From a virus (Duplodnaviria; Caudoviricetes), in the IMG/VR virus record IMGVR_UViG_3300028549_001530, positions 24,566 through 88,565 of that record: a stretch of 64,000 nucleotides of DNA; one strand, written 5' to 3'. The notes beneath the pieces were generated by a model that saw only the letters and a program-made list of their open reading frames with translations, did no database searches and had not been told where the DNA came from. Positions within the stretch are counted from its first letter, which is position 1, and each line of letters opens with the position of its first letter. Below are positions 20,875 through 28,915 of this stretch, one piece after another. The position numbers and the translations under genes are program-made.

Positions 20875-21087
20875 ATGCTCAATATTGAAATCTCAGGTCC
20901 AGACAAATCTGGTAAAGGTCACGCTATTGCTCTGATTGCTAAGAAGCTCAGAGAACTAGGTCTTAATGTAGTTGTGCAATCTGAAGAGACTCACAATGCA
21001 GTTAAGATGGAAAAGACACAAGAAGAACTTGTAGAGCGTCTTAAAGATATCGAATTTAGAGTAATGGAACTTCAAACTGGGTTTTAG
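20875..21087 (+). CDS. Small P-loop-like hypothetical protein
   Basis: IEISGPDKSGKGH resembles the Walker A start of nucleotide kinases, but the ORF is only 70 aa. Confidence 0.5.
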   Translation: MLNIEISGPDKSGKGHAIALIAKKLRELGLNVVVQSEETHNAVKMEKTQEELVERLKDIEFRVMELQTGF

Positions 21088-21143
21088 AAAGTAACCTATA
21101 TTGGGAGTCTAGCATAATTGGATGTACTGAGAAAAGGAAAAGT

Positions 21144-21478
21144 AGGATGTTAGCTCAGTTGGTTAGAGCAGGGTACTTAGGAATGGGTCATTAACGAAAA
21201 ATGAGTTGGTAGTCTAACGGCATAACAATTCAATCGAAAGACGTTAATAGTATTTCCGTAAATTCGGTGAACTCTAAGTTAGTATACAATACTAATATGA
21301 CAATGCCGAGCCAAGCCTAATATTAGGAAGGTGTAGAGACTAGAGACGGAATACCTAAAATATAGAAATATATCATGGTGATAGTATAGTCCAGACCACA
21401 AACATATAAAATAAGGTAGTGAAAACTATAGTGGTAAGCATAATGCCTTGGTCACTGGTTCAAGTCCAGTACATCCTA
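21144..21478 (+). tRNA. tRNA with CAU anticodon (Met or Ile2), split by a group I intron; exons 21144-21177 and 21439-21478
   Basis: The spliced sequence folds as AGGATGT/ACATCCT acceptor, GCTC/GAGC D-arm, GGGTA-CT|CAT-AA-TGCCT anticodon arm, ACTGG-TTCAAGT-CCAGT T-arm. No encoded CCA. Confidence 0.9.
21178..21438 (+). mobile_element. Group I intron (261 nt) after U33 of tRNA-CAU
   Basis: Follows U and ends in G. Contains ccgtaaattcggtgaac, gccgagccaagc, gtagagactagagacgg and tatagtcc core segments (IC3-like). Confidence 0.9.
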
Positions 21479-21507
21479 CTTTTCCTTTTTAGAAATAAAG
21501 TTAATTG

Positions 21508-21525
21508 CATATATACTATATGTAC
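21508..21525 (+). promoter_or_regulatory. Putative phage early promoter upstream of tRNA-Arg
   Basis: catatatactatatgtac. Confidence 0.55.
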
Positions 21526-21543
21526 CATAAGAGTGTTCATTTT

Positions 21544-21618
21544 ACGCGTGAAGCTTAACTGGATAAGCAGCGGATTTCTACTCCGTAGTTAGTGCAAGTT
21601 CGAATCTTGTCACGCGTA
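21544..21618 (+). tRNA. tRNA-Arg (anticodon UCU)
   Basis: ACGCGTG/CACGCGT acceptor, GCTT/AAGC D-arm, GCGGA-TT-TCT-AC-TCCGT anticodon arm, GCAAG-TTCGAAT-CTTGT T-arm, 7-nt variable loop, no CCA. Confidence 0.85.
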
Positions 21619-21814
21619 AAATGAACATTTATAGTTTTCAGGTAGATCTTCTAGATATGTAATCATCGTTCTTCAGTTGTCTCCCTACGCTGGCATCGTA
21701 CAGCACTTCATATATCTATTCACTTTAAGTGGACTACCTCTTTTACACCAACCCACACATAGAAAGCTCACCACTTTCTATGTGTGTTCTTTTTCATTTC
21801 TCACAAAGGATCAT

Positions 21815-22012
21815 ATGTCAAACTTAATAAAAACAAACCTAAACACAAAACTAAACACAAAACCAATAGTTGATAATAATATATCTGTTAAACCAACTTA
21901 TGATTTTAACGAGACATCATTACAAATTGCAAAAGTGATGGCGTTAAAAGGAACTGATAAACAAAAAGAAGAAGCTCGTAGCTTCTTTAAAGAGTTCTTA
22001 ACTAAAGTTTGA
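21815..22012 (+). CDS. Hypothetical protein
   Basis: ATG after AAGGA; the upstream part of the track ORF overlaps a terminator hairpin. Confidence 0.5.
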   Translation: MSNLIKTNLNTKLNTKPIVDNNISVKPTYDFNETSLQIAKVMALKGTDKQKEEARSFFKEFLTKV

Positions 22013-22037
22013 AATAATTTATCCAAGGAGTTTTAAT

Positions 22038-22442
22038 ATGGCAAAAGCATTCATTGCTTCAGTGCGTTCTTGCGATTTCGTGCTGTTTCAGTATATCGAC
22101 TTAGATACGGATGCGGTTACCTTTTGTGAAGATCTCTCACCCGATAAGCAAGTTGACATTTTCACCATGGAGTCAGACTGTACAACGTACTGTCTTACAA
22201 CTAAAGGAGATAAACTACTCCTAGGTAAATTCAAGTATATCGATAAAATTAACTACAAACAAAACATCAATACACAAGTGATCTCTTTTGAGTTTGATAT
22301 CAAGTTTTTAGAAAAACACAAGAATGTAACGATGCTAGATGTTACATTTGCAACCAATGACTTTCTTAAAGCTGAGTGTCGTCTGGTTGAATTGCTACTG
22401 AGTATGTATCCAACCATTTTCATGCTCAGCAATAAACAATAA
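22038..22442 (+). CDS. Hypothetical protein
   Basis: 134 aa, AAGGAG RBS. Confidence 0.65.
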   Translation: MAKAFIASVRSCDFVLFQYIDLDTDAVTFCEDLSPDKQVDIFTMESDCTTYCLTTKGDKLLLGKFKYIDKINYKQNINTQVISFEFDIKFLEKHKNVTMLDVTFATNDFLKAECRLVELLLSMYPTIFMLSNKQ

Positions 22443-22517
22443 CTTTCTAATCGTGAAAATTTTAAAAATATTGTAACACCTAATGTGGCTGCTTAACAAC
22501 TAAAGGTAATTTAAAAA

Positions 22518-23447
22518 ATGTCTAATATAGTCCTATATCACGGCGGTGGGTGTAATGATGGTATGTGTTCAGCATACCTTATGTATTTGTTTTTCAAAGA
22601 AAGAAAAGAACCTGTAGAATTTATTGCTGTTAATTATAATGAAGCTATACCAGATGTCACCGGTAAACATGTGTACATTGTAGACTTCTCGTATTCGCCT
22701 GATGTGTTAGAAGAAGCTCGTACTAAAGCTTTGTCTATTGTGATGTTAGATCACCATCTAACCGCAGCACAACAGTGGGGTGGTTATTATAATTTATATT
22801 ATTTTCAACCAACTGATACCAAATGTCATTTAACTATTAAAATTGCTGAAGACAAATCAGGAGCTGGACTTACATACGACTTTGTTTTGGCATGTTCACG
22901 GATAGATTCTATTCATAATGTTTTTGACAATCCTGATGATGATAGGCTTTTTCGTGTTGTTAATTCCGTACAAGACAGAGATCTTTGGAAGTTTGCTCTT
23001 AAAGATACTCCCGTTATACACGAAGCTTTGTCTTTTCTACCTAAGACGATTGAGGCTTGGCATCACTTCATCTCAGAATCTTCTATATCAGAATTTAATG
23101 ATAAACTAGCAGAAGCTCAAGCTTTTCTTAAACTTAAAGAACATTTAGCACAAACCTATGCTAAGTTGTTTCAGTTAATCAAGTTCCAAGGATATGAAAT
23201 TCCTGTTGTGAACTGTCCATCTAACTTTGCTAGTAGAGTTGGTGAGATTTTAGCCGAGCAGTATCCATTTGCTCTAATGTATTGTTTAAGCACAACTAAG
23301 GTATATTGTTCACTCAGAAGTAACACTAAGTCAGAGGTAGATGTGTCCGCTATTGCTAAGGTATTTAAAGGCGGTGGGCATTTTCATGCCGCAGGCTTTG
23401 GTCTTATACCAGAGCAACTTCCTATTTTGTTTAAAGGAGAACTATGA
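22518..23447 (+). CDS. DHH/DHHA1 phosphoesterase (NrnB-like nanoRNase)
   Basis: YH..CNDG, IVDFS, LDHH, SLRS, GGGHFHAAGF. Confidence 0.88.
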   Translation: MSNIVLYHGGGCNDGMCSAYLMYLFFKERKEPVEFIAVNYNEAIPDVTGKHVYIVDFSYSPDVLEEARTKALSIVMLDHHLTAAQQWGGYYNLYYFQPTDTKCHLTIKIAEDKSGAGLTYDFVLACSRIDSIHNVFDNPDDDRLFRVVNSVQDRDLWKFALKDTPVIHEALSFLPKTIEAWHHFISESSISEFNDKLAEAQAFLKLKEHLAQTYAKLFQLIKFQGYEIPVVNCPSNFASRVGEILAEQYPFALMYCLSTTKVYCSLRSNTKSEVDVSAIAKVFKGGGHFHAAGFGLIPEQLPILFKGEL

Positions 23448-23671
23448 TAGAAGAACCACTAAAAATTATCTCTCTGTTTAATGGGAAAGAAACAGAGAAT
23501 AAACCTAAGTTTGCCAGGATGTTTGAAGATCAGTCTAAAATAGATGCTTGTGCTCTATTAATTGAACCTGATAAAATGCAAAGGTATAAATCTTTCTTAA
23601 CCAAGTATCCGGGACTTAAATATATTAAATCTCATGTAGAGTTTCTTCCACTTAAGGGTTTAAAGCTATGA
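23444..23671 (+). CDS. Hypothetical protein
   Basis: 75 aa, ATGA overlap with the upstream stop. Confidence 0.55.
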   Translation: MIEEPLKIISLFNGKETENKPKFARMFEDQSKIDACALLIEPDKMQRYKSFLTKYPGLKYIKSHVEFLPLKGLKL

Positions 23672-24000
23672 ATGTGAATTGGAAACCTGACTACTCTGTA
23701 ACACCACAGAGAATAGTTTGTGCTGCTTGTCAGCACAAAGATGGCGCTATTGTCATTGGTATACGTCATTTTGACGGTATTATGTCTGACACCATTATTC
23801 TAAGGAGAGAAATAGACCCATATGAGAATTGGGATGGTTGTGATCAAGGCTTTGTAGATCAATTTGGTAATTTTTTAACGAGGCGTGAGTCTTGGATCAT
23901 TGCTGTTAAAGCCAATCAAATATATCGTTTAGTTGGTAACCAGACTAAAGATAGTAAAACAAGAGAAGATGTTGAACTTTTTAGTGAAAATTTATACTAA
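23668..24000 (+). CDS. Conserved phage hypothetical protein
   Basis: RIVCAA..GIRH.D..QGFVDQFGNFLTR.E pattern common in lytic phages. Confidence 0.7.
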   Translation: MNVNWKPDYSVTPQRIVCAACQHKDGAIVIGIRHFDGIMSDTIILRREIDPYENWDGCDQGFVDQFGNFLTRRESWIIAVKANQIYRLVGNQTKDSKTREDVELFSENLY

Positions 24001-24048
24001 ATCTATTATTTAAGATTTTAGTTTGTATATCCTAAGGCATACCTATTA

Positions 24049-24095
24049 GAAGAAACACCGTCTACTGACTAAACATCAGTAGACGGTGTTTCTTC
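24049..24095. terminator. Bidirectional terminator-like hairpin
   Basis: 20-bp perfect stem with loop ctaaaca, between convergent genes. Confidence 0.75.
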
Positions 24096-24098
24096 TTC

Positions 24099-24497
24099 TT
24101 ATTTTTTATTTTTTACAAATTCGGCTATTTGTAAATCCATACTATCTACATGTTGTAAAAATATAGAATCTAATTCTTTAACTATATAACACTCCAGTAT
24201 ATGATTATATTTTTCACAATTAACAGTTAGAGACATTATAGTTTCTAACTTTTTTAATAAAGATAAATGTTTTTCTTTATGATAAAGAAAATAAGGATAT
24301 TCTATACTGAGCATATAAGTTTCTTCAGATAAAAAATGTTCTTTAAGTTTTGTTTTATATAATTCTAATAACCCTGTTACATCAGAAGAATTTCTGATAC
24401 CTTTCTCTATTTCTGATGTTATTTTAAATAATTCTATATGTTCTTTATCTATATTTTCTATTCCTGTTTTGTAGTGTGTTAATTTATCATTAGACAT
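24099..24497 (-). CDS. Bacteriohemerythrin
   Basis: YKTGIENIDKEH..LF; HFLSEETYM...YP...HKEKH; HV...D: the complete di-iron ligand set. Confidence 0.9.
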   Translation of the reverse strand: MSNDKLTHYKTGIENIDKEHIELFKITSEIEKGIRNSSDVTGLLELYKTKLKEHFLSEETYMLSIEYPYFLYHKEKHLSLLKKLETIMSLTVNCEKYNHILECYIVKELDSIFLQHVDSMDLQIAEFVKNKK

Positions 24498-24515
24498 AAT
24501 AGGCTTCTTTTAAAA

Positions 24516-24836
24516 TTAATTGTAAAGTTGTAAATATGCTTGTTCAATAGTTAAATCTAGTTTATATTTTAAAAGCATATTAGCTGCATTGTGAATAGAT
24601 ATACCGTTACAAGCTATTTGAACTTTATAAGCTCTCACCTCTGCTTCTAGTCTAAATTTCTTCGAGAGAAAATACCGAGCTAACCAAAACAAAGATAGAA
24701 AACCTTGTTCATTGTAGTGAACCATCTCGTGACTAATCAGACCAGTATTACCAATCATAGACGGTCTAATAAAGATAAAAGGCCAACACGTGAAAGCAGC
24801 AAAATCCCTAGGTAACCTATTTGTTTTAACCAGCAT
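24516..24836 (-). CDS. Small HExxH putative metallopeptidase-like protein
   Basis: PFIF..LISHEMVHYNEQ..FRLEAEVRAY. Confidence 0.55.
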   Translation of the reverse strand: MLVKTNRLPRDFAAFTCWPFIFIRPSMIGNTGLISHEMVHYNEQGFLSLFWLARYFLSKKFRLEAEVRAYKVQIACNGISIHNAANMLLKYKLDLTIEQAYLQLYN

Positions 24837-24915
24837 AATAGACTCCTTTTAATATGGCTTCAATACATTATTTATTTTTTTAATAGATAAATTGAGTTTA
24901 AAAGGGGAACACACG

Positions 24916-25428
24916 ATGGCTAAGTACTATGCTGGAGTTGGTAGTAGAGAAACACCTATTGACATTTTAGAGTTAATGACAAGTATTGCTAAACGTTATG
25001 AGGAAAGGGGATTTACACTTAGATCAGGTGGCGCTTATGGTGCTGATAAAGCTTTTGCTGACGGGTGTAGTAATAAGGAAATCTTTGTACCGTGGTCTGG
25101 GTACAATGACATACCGTTAAAGTATATCATACCAGATGAAGCTTATGTTGTAGCAGCTAAACACCATCCATTGTGGTTTAAGCTGCCACAAGGTGCTAAG
25201 AAAATGATGGCTCGAAACGTGATGCAGGTACTAGGTCCAAACCTAGATGAACCTTCTTCTTTAGTAGTGTGTTGGACAAGAGACGGTTGTACAACAACTG
25301 CTGAGCGTAGTTGGAAAACAGGTGGCACAGGACAAGCTATATCTATCGCTAACACCTACAACATACCTGTGTACAATTTGGCTAGAGAAGACCACCATAA
25401 GAAATACTTAGAAATGCTTCGAGATTAA
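24916..25428 (+). CDS. SLOG/DprA-like Rossmann-fold nucleotide-binding protein
   Basis: YAGVGSRETP, LRSGGAYGADKAF, RN..QVLG, CWT.DG, GGTGQAI. Confidence 0.8.
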   Translation: MAKYYAGVGSRETPIDILELMTSIAKRYEERGFTLRSGGAYGADKAFADGCSNKEIFVPWSGYNDIPLKYIIPDEAYVVAAKHHPLWFKLPQGAKKMMARNVMQVLGPNLDEPSSLVVCWTRDGCTTTAERSWKTGGTGQAISIANTYNIPVYNLAREDHHKKYLEMLRD

Positions 25429-25432
25429 TCTT

Positions 25433-25542
25433 AGTTAAGATTCACTACGTTCATCTTGTTCTCAAGAATTAGTGAACGTAATTCTAAGATACAGCTTGCT
25501 GTATCGGAGATTCTTTCAGTTAAGATTCACTACGTTCATCTT
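25433..25542. repeat. Two 25-bp direct repeats 60 bp apart
   Basis: agttaagattcactacgttcatctt at 25433-25457 and 25518-25542. Confidence 0.9.
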
Positions 25543-25595
25543 TTACTCGATAGCTGTTACACCTAGTTAAGTTGCCTTGGAAATAATCTCGGTTA

Positions 25596-25613
25596 CATAT
25601 ATATTACATGTAA
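25596..25613 (+). promoter_or_regulatory. Putative phage early promoter
   Basis: catatatattacatgtaa; contains TATATTAC like the phiKZ early consensus. Confidence 0.7.
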
Positions 25614-25676
25614 ACAAGCATTGCTTTATTCATAGTTATAACAACTGTGGGTAGTGTTTGTTAATAGGAGATTATT

Positions 25677-26045
25677 ATGAGCGCTAAAATGTCAAACTAC
25701 GAAGTGATGATGCAAGCTATGCGGATAGAGCAAGGACTTGCCTCATTCTCACAAGTTGCTGACGTCATTTTGGATAGTATCAAACCCAAGTGGATGGGGT
25801 CATACCTTGCGGGTATGATGGTCCAAGGTAACTGGCCGGTAGATGCAACACACGGAGTATGTGTGGTCACCAATCACCGGTCATTCGGTAATATTGAAAA
25901 TCAACAGCGTTACTTCTTTTCCTCAAAAGAAGAAATGGATGGTTGGCTTAGAGAGTTGAATTACGACTGCGATATTGCCGTTGCGGTTCATAAGTTCTAT
26001 TGGGATTTAGGTCCCAATAAGGACGGCATAGACTACTTAAACTAA
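25677..26045 (+). CDS. Hypothetical protein
   Basis: 122 aa, AGGAG RBS. Confidence 0.65.
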   Translation: MSAKMSNYEVMMQAMRIEQGLASFSQVADVILDSIKPKWMGSYLAGMMVQGNWPVDATHGVCVVTNHRSFGNIENQQRYFFSSKEEMDGWLRELNYDCDIAVAVHKFYWDLGPNKDGIDYLN

Positions 26046-26130
26046 AGGTGTTTAGGTAGTCGTAAGAAATTAGCTTAACAGCTTTTTTCTTTTAATAAGG
26101 GCGACATTTGACAAAAATGGGGAAATTTTC

Positions 26131-26400
26131 ATGAATGCTAAACAAAGAAAAAGTAATAGAGCAAATGCTTATATGTTAAAATCCATTAGCCGTAAGAAAG
26201 AACTCTCTATAGTTGTTTGTGAAAACTGTGGAGAGTTTGGTGGTCACTGGGTTTCTATAAGAGGAACTAGTATATTTAGTATGATTCATGGTTTAGATGA
26301 TCAAGAAGGTTTTTGGACTTGTTCTAAGTTATATCGTGAAGACGGCAGAAGATTATCTGGGGGTTTAAATGCTAAGATTAAACAGACTAACGACACCTGA
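26131..26400 (+). CDS. Hypothetical protein (CxxC..H..C)
   Basis: 89 aa containing CENCGE.GGHW. Confidence 0.55.
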   Translation: MNAKQRKSNRANAYMLKSISRKKELSIVVCENCGEFGGHWVSIRGTSIFSMIHGLDDQEGFWTCSKLYREDGRRLSGGLNAKIKQTNDT

Positions 26401-26596
26401 GCTATTGAATCATTTAGATTCTATCAAATACCACAGTCCTATCATCTTAGAACTGTGTAAAAGACTCGAAGATGTAGAAGATAAGATAAATCTATTAACA
26501 GATAAAGTAGAGTGCCCTGTTTGCCAAGCTAAACTTCTAGCAGACAAAGATGTCATGAATGGTTTCTATACTCTTAAAATAGACAAAGACACTTAA
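26369..26596 (+). CDS. Hypothetical protein with CPVC motif
   Basis: 75 aa. Confidence 0.5.
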   Translation: MLRLNRLTTPELLNHLDSIKYHSPIILELCKRLEDVEDKINLLTDKVECPVCQAKLLADKDVMNGFYTLKIDKDT

Positions 26597-26706
26597 TTCT
26601 AACTCATCTCAATACCCTTTCTTTGGGTATTGAGATGAGACTTAAATCCCTATACCACTAACGATTTTTTCTATTATTTGATTTAAATTTAAAAAGGATT
26701 TTACAA

Positions 26707-27111
26707 ATGGGAAATAACATAGAACCACCAAACAGCGATGAACTAATAGTTAGACATGCCTTTTATTCTAAGGTTAGTTCAGAATTATCAGCTAACAGTA
26801 AAGATATAAATAATCTTGGTAATAATCTTAGAACTTTTGTATCTGACTTTGAAACTATAAAAGATGAAGTTAAAGCCACTGAAACTAGAAATAAAACAAT
26901 TATAGCGGTTGCAGCTTTAATATGGACAGTTTTAGGTGGATCTATAGGAATGTATATACAAAAAGGTTTTTCTAGTAATGAATTACATGAACAAAAAATA
27001 CTTGCTCTAGAGAACACCATAGAAAAACAAAAAATAGATTACGAAAACTATAAAGCTAATACTAAAAGGGATTTTTCTGATATCATGAATATCATAAACA
27101 GTAAAAAATAA
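26707..27111 (+). CDS. Single-TM coiled-coil membrane protein
   Basis: TM segment IIAVAALIWTVLGGSIGMYI flanked by coiled coils. Confidence 0.65.
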   Translation: MGNNIEPPNSDELIVRHAFYSKVSSELSANSKDINNLGNNLRTFVSDFETIKDEVKATETRNKTIIAVAALIWTVLGGSIGMYIQKGFSSNELHEQKILALENTIEKQKIDYENYKANTKRDFSDIMNIINSKK

Positions 27112-27120
27112 GGAATAATT

Positions 27121-27906
27121 ATGGATATCTATTTTTCTTATATTTTTATATTTATTTATTTTTCATTTACAACTATAGCTATTTATGTGTATATACACTA
27201 CATGTATAGTAAGGACAAAATTAATGAAAATTTTAAGTCTACTAACTTAAAATTAATAAATAAAAAGTTATTAACATCTAATAAATATAAAAAATATATT
27301 ATTAAAAATAGAATTAAATTTCCTAAAGATCTTTATAAATATATAAAAAAACCTGATTCAGGGGAAATAGCTAATTTATTACTCACTATGCCTCCAAATA
27401 TAAATAATACCACTGATAACGACATACAAGATATATATAGAGCTATCACTATCTCTTCTTTAATATTTAACGAAGAGATACCGTTATACTGTTATATTCT
27501 TGACGATAGAACAAAAGAACTTTATCATATGGTTATGCTTGATTTAAAACCTATCTATGTTATTATCTTAGATTTTTTCAATGAAAAGATAAAAGAAATA
27601 GTAAGTAATGATATAGAAAATTATAATTTTCAAGTAGAGACATATAATAAAGAATTAATTGTTGTTGGAACAGAAATTATAGAAGAAAGTAAAAATAATT
27701 CGTTCCCAAGTTTAGAATATTTTACAGATAAAATTAATAAGAAATATAATAAGTCATTTAATGATTATGAAGTTCAGTCTATAGCTACTGCTTTTTCAGC
27801 TATTTCTAATATAAAAATACCAGCTATTTATATAAATTTAAATATAATATCTTTGTCTTTAATAAATTTTACAATTTTTAAATTTAGGGGATTAAATGAA
27901 AAATAA
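27121..27906 (+). CDS. Hypothetical protein with N-terminal TM
   Basis: 261 aa, very AT-rich; stop overlaps the HDOD gene start. Confidence 0.6.
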   Translation: MDIYFSYIFIFIYFSFTTIAIYVYIHYMYSKDKINENFKSTNLKLINKKLLTSNKYKKYIIKNRIKFPKDLYKYIKKPDSGEIANLLLTMPPNINNTTDNDIQDIYRAITISSLIFNEEIPLYCYILDDRTKELYHMVMLDLKPIYVIILDFFNEKIKEIVSNDIENYNFQVETYNKELIVVGTEIIEESKNNSFPSLEYFTDKINKKYNKSFNDYEVQSIATAFSAISNIKIPAIYINLNIISLSLINFTIFKFRGLNEK

Positions 27907-28738
27907 CAATATATCAAAAATTACTTTAGCTGATTTACCAATTATACCAGAAATTATATCAGTCCTCTTAATTGAACTCAATAAAGAAGAACCAGATAGT
28001 AAGATAATATCACAACTTATTACTAAAGATGCCTTTATAACAACTAAGCTTATATCTTTAGCTAATTCTTCTTATTTTAATTTATTTAGAAAAATAGATA
28101 ACGTTGATGATGTTTTAAAGTATATTGGTTTTAAAAAAATAACTAATATTATTTTACTTATAGGATTATCTAAAACCATTAAAAATATTAAAGGTTTAGA
28201 TATGTACACGTTATGGCGTTTTAATTTAAACACAAGTAAAATATGTGAACACATTGCTTCACTTTATAAACACAATATGACTACAGCCCTAACGGTTGGC
28301 CTTCTTCACGGAATAGGTGAATTTATATTGTATTTAAAAATGAATAAAGAATTAATAGAACTTGATAACCATTTTAATTTCTTAGATTTAAATAGAGTTG
28401 AAGTAGAAAGTGATAAACTAAAAATTAACTATTTAGAGGTAACTACTTGCTTTTTAGAAAAAAATAATTTTTCTAAAGTTATTTTAAACCCACTTAAAGA
28501 ACAAATGATAATATATAACAATAGTCTTGAATATAAAGATATAAGTGATATGGGTTTAATACTACATCTAGCTATATGGATATCTAAAATAAAGACTAAG
28601 GATCAAAAAACTAACCTGTATGAATTAGATTATCCTAAAAAAATTATTTCACATTTAGGTTTAGAAGAGTGTGATGTACTAGTTCATGATGACTCTTTTT
28701 GGGTTACTAAAGATGAAGTGATGATGCTAGTAAACTAA
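27896..28738 (+). CDS. HDOD-domain signalling protein
   Basis: LP.IP....L; I..D..IT.KL..LANS.YF; A...IG; LWR; A.TVGLLHGIG. Confidence 0.88.
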   Translation: MKNNNISKITLADLPIIPEIISVLLIELNKEEPDSKIISQLITKDAFITTKLISLANSSYFNLFRKIDNVDDVLKYIGFKKITNIILLIGLSKTIKNIKGLDMYTLWRFNLNTSKICEHIASLYKHNMTTALTVGLLHGIGEFILYLKMNKELIELDNHFNFLDLNRVEVESDKLKINYLEVTTCFLEKNNFSKVILNPLKEQMIIYNNSLEYKDISDMGLILHLAIWISKIKTKDQKTNLYELDYPKKIISHLGLEECDVLVHDDSFWVTKDEVMMLVN

Positions 28739-28741
28739 ATT

Positions 28742-28785
28742 AAGAGACTCACCAACAGCCTTAAACAGCTGTTGGTGAGTCTCTT
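28742..28785 (+). terminator. Terminator-like hairpin
   Basis: 18-bp stem with loop cttaaaca. Confidence 0.7.
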
Positions 28786-28915
28786 TATCTAAGATTTAGC
28801 TAAAACCCCGGCCTTTAATTCGTTTCACTCATTGCTCTTCGAGTAGGCCGGGGATACAGCGTAAATACTATGGTTATACAACCAGGCTTCCAGAACTTAA
28901 TGAAAGGGTTACAAC

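Noticed and set aside
25433-25542. CRISPR array
   Set aside because: Only two repeats with a 60-bp interval, and no cas genes nearby.
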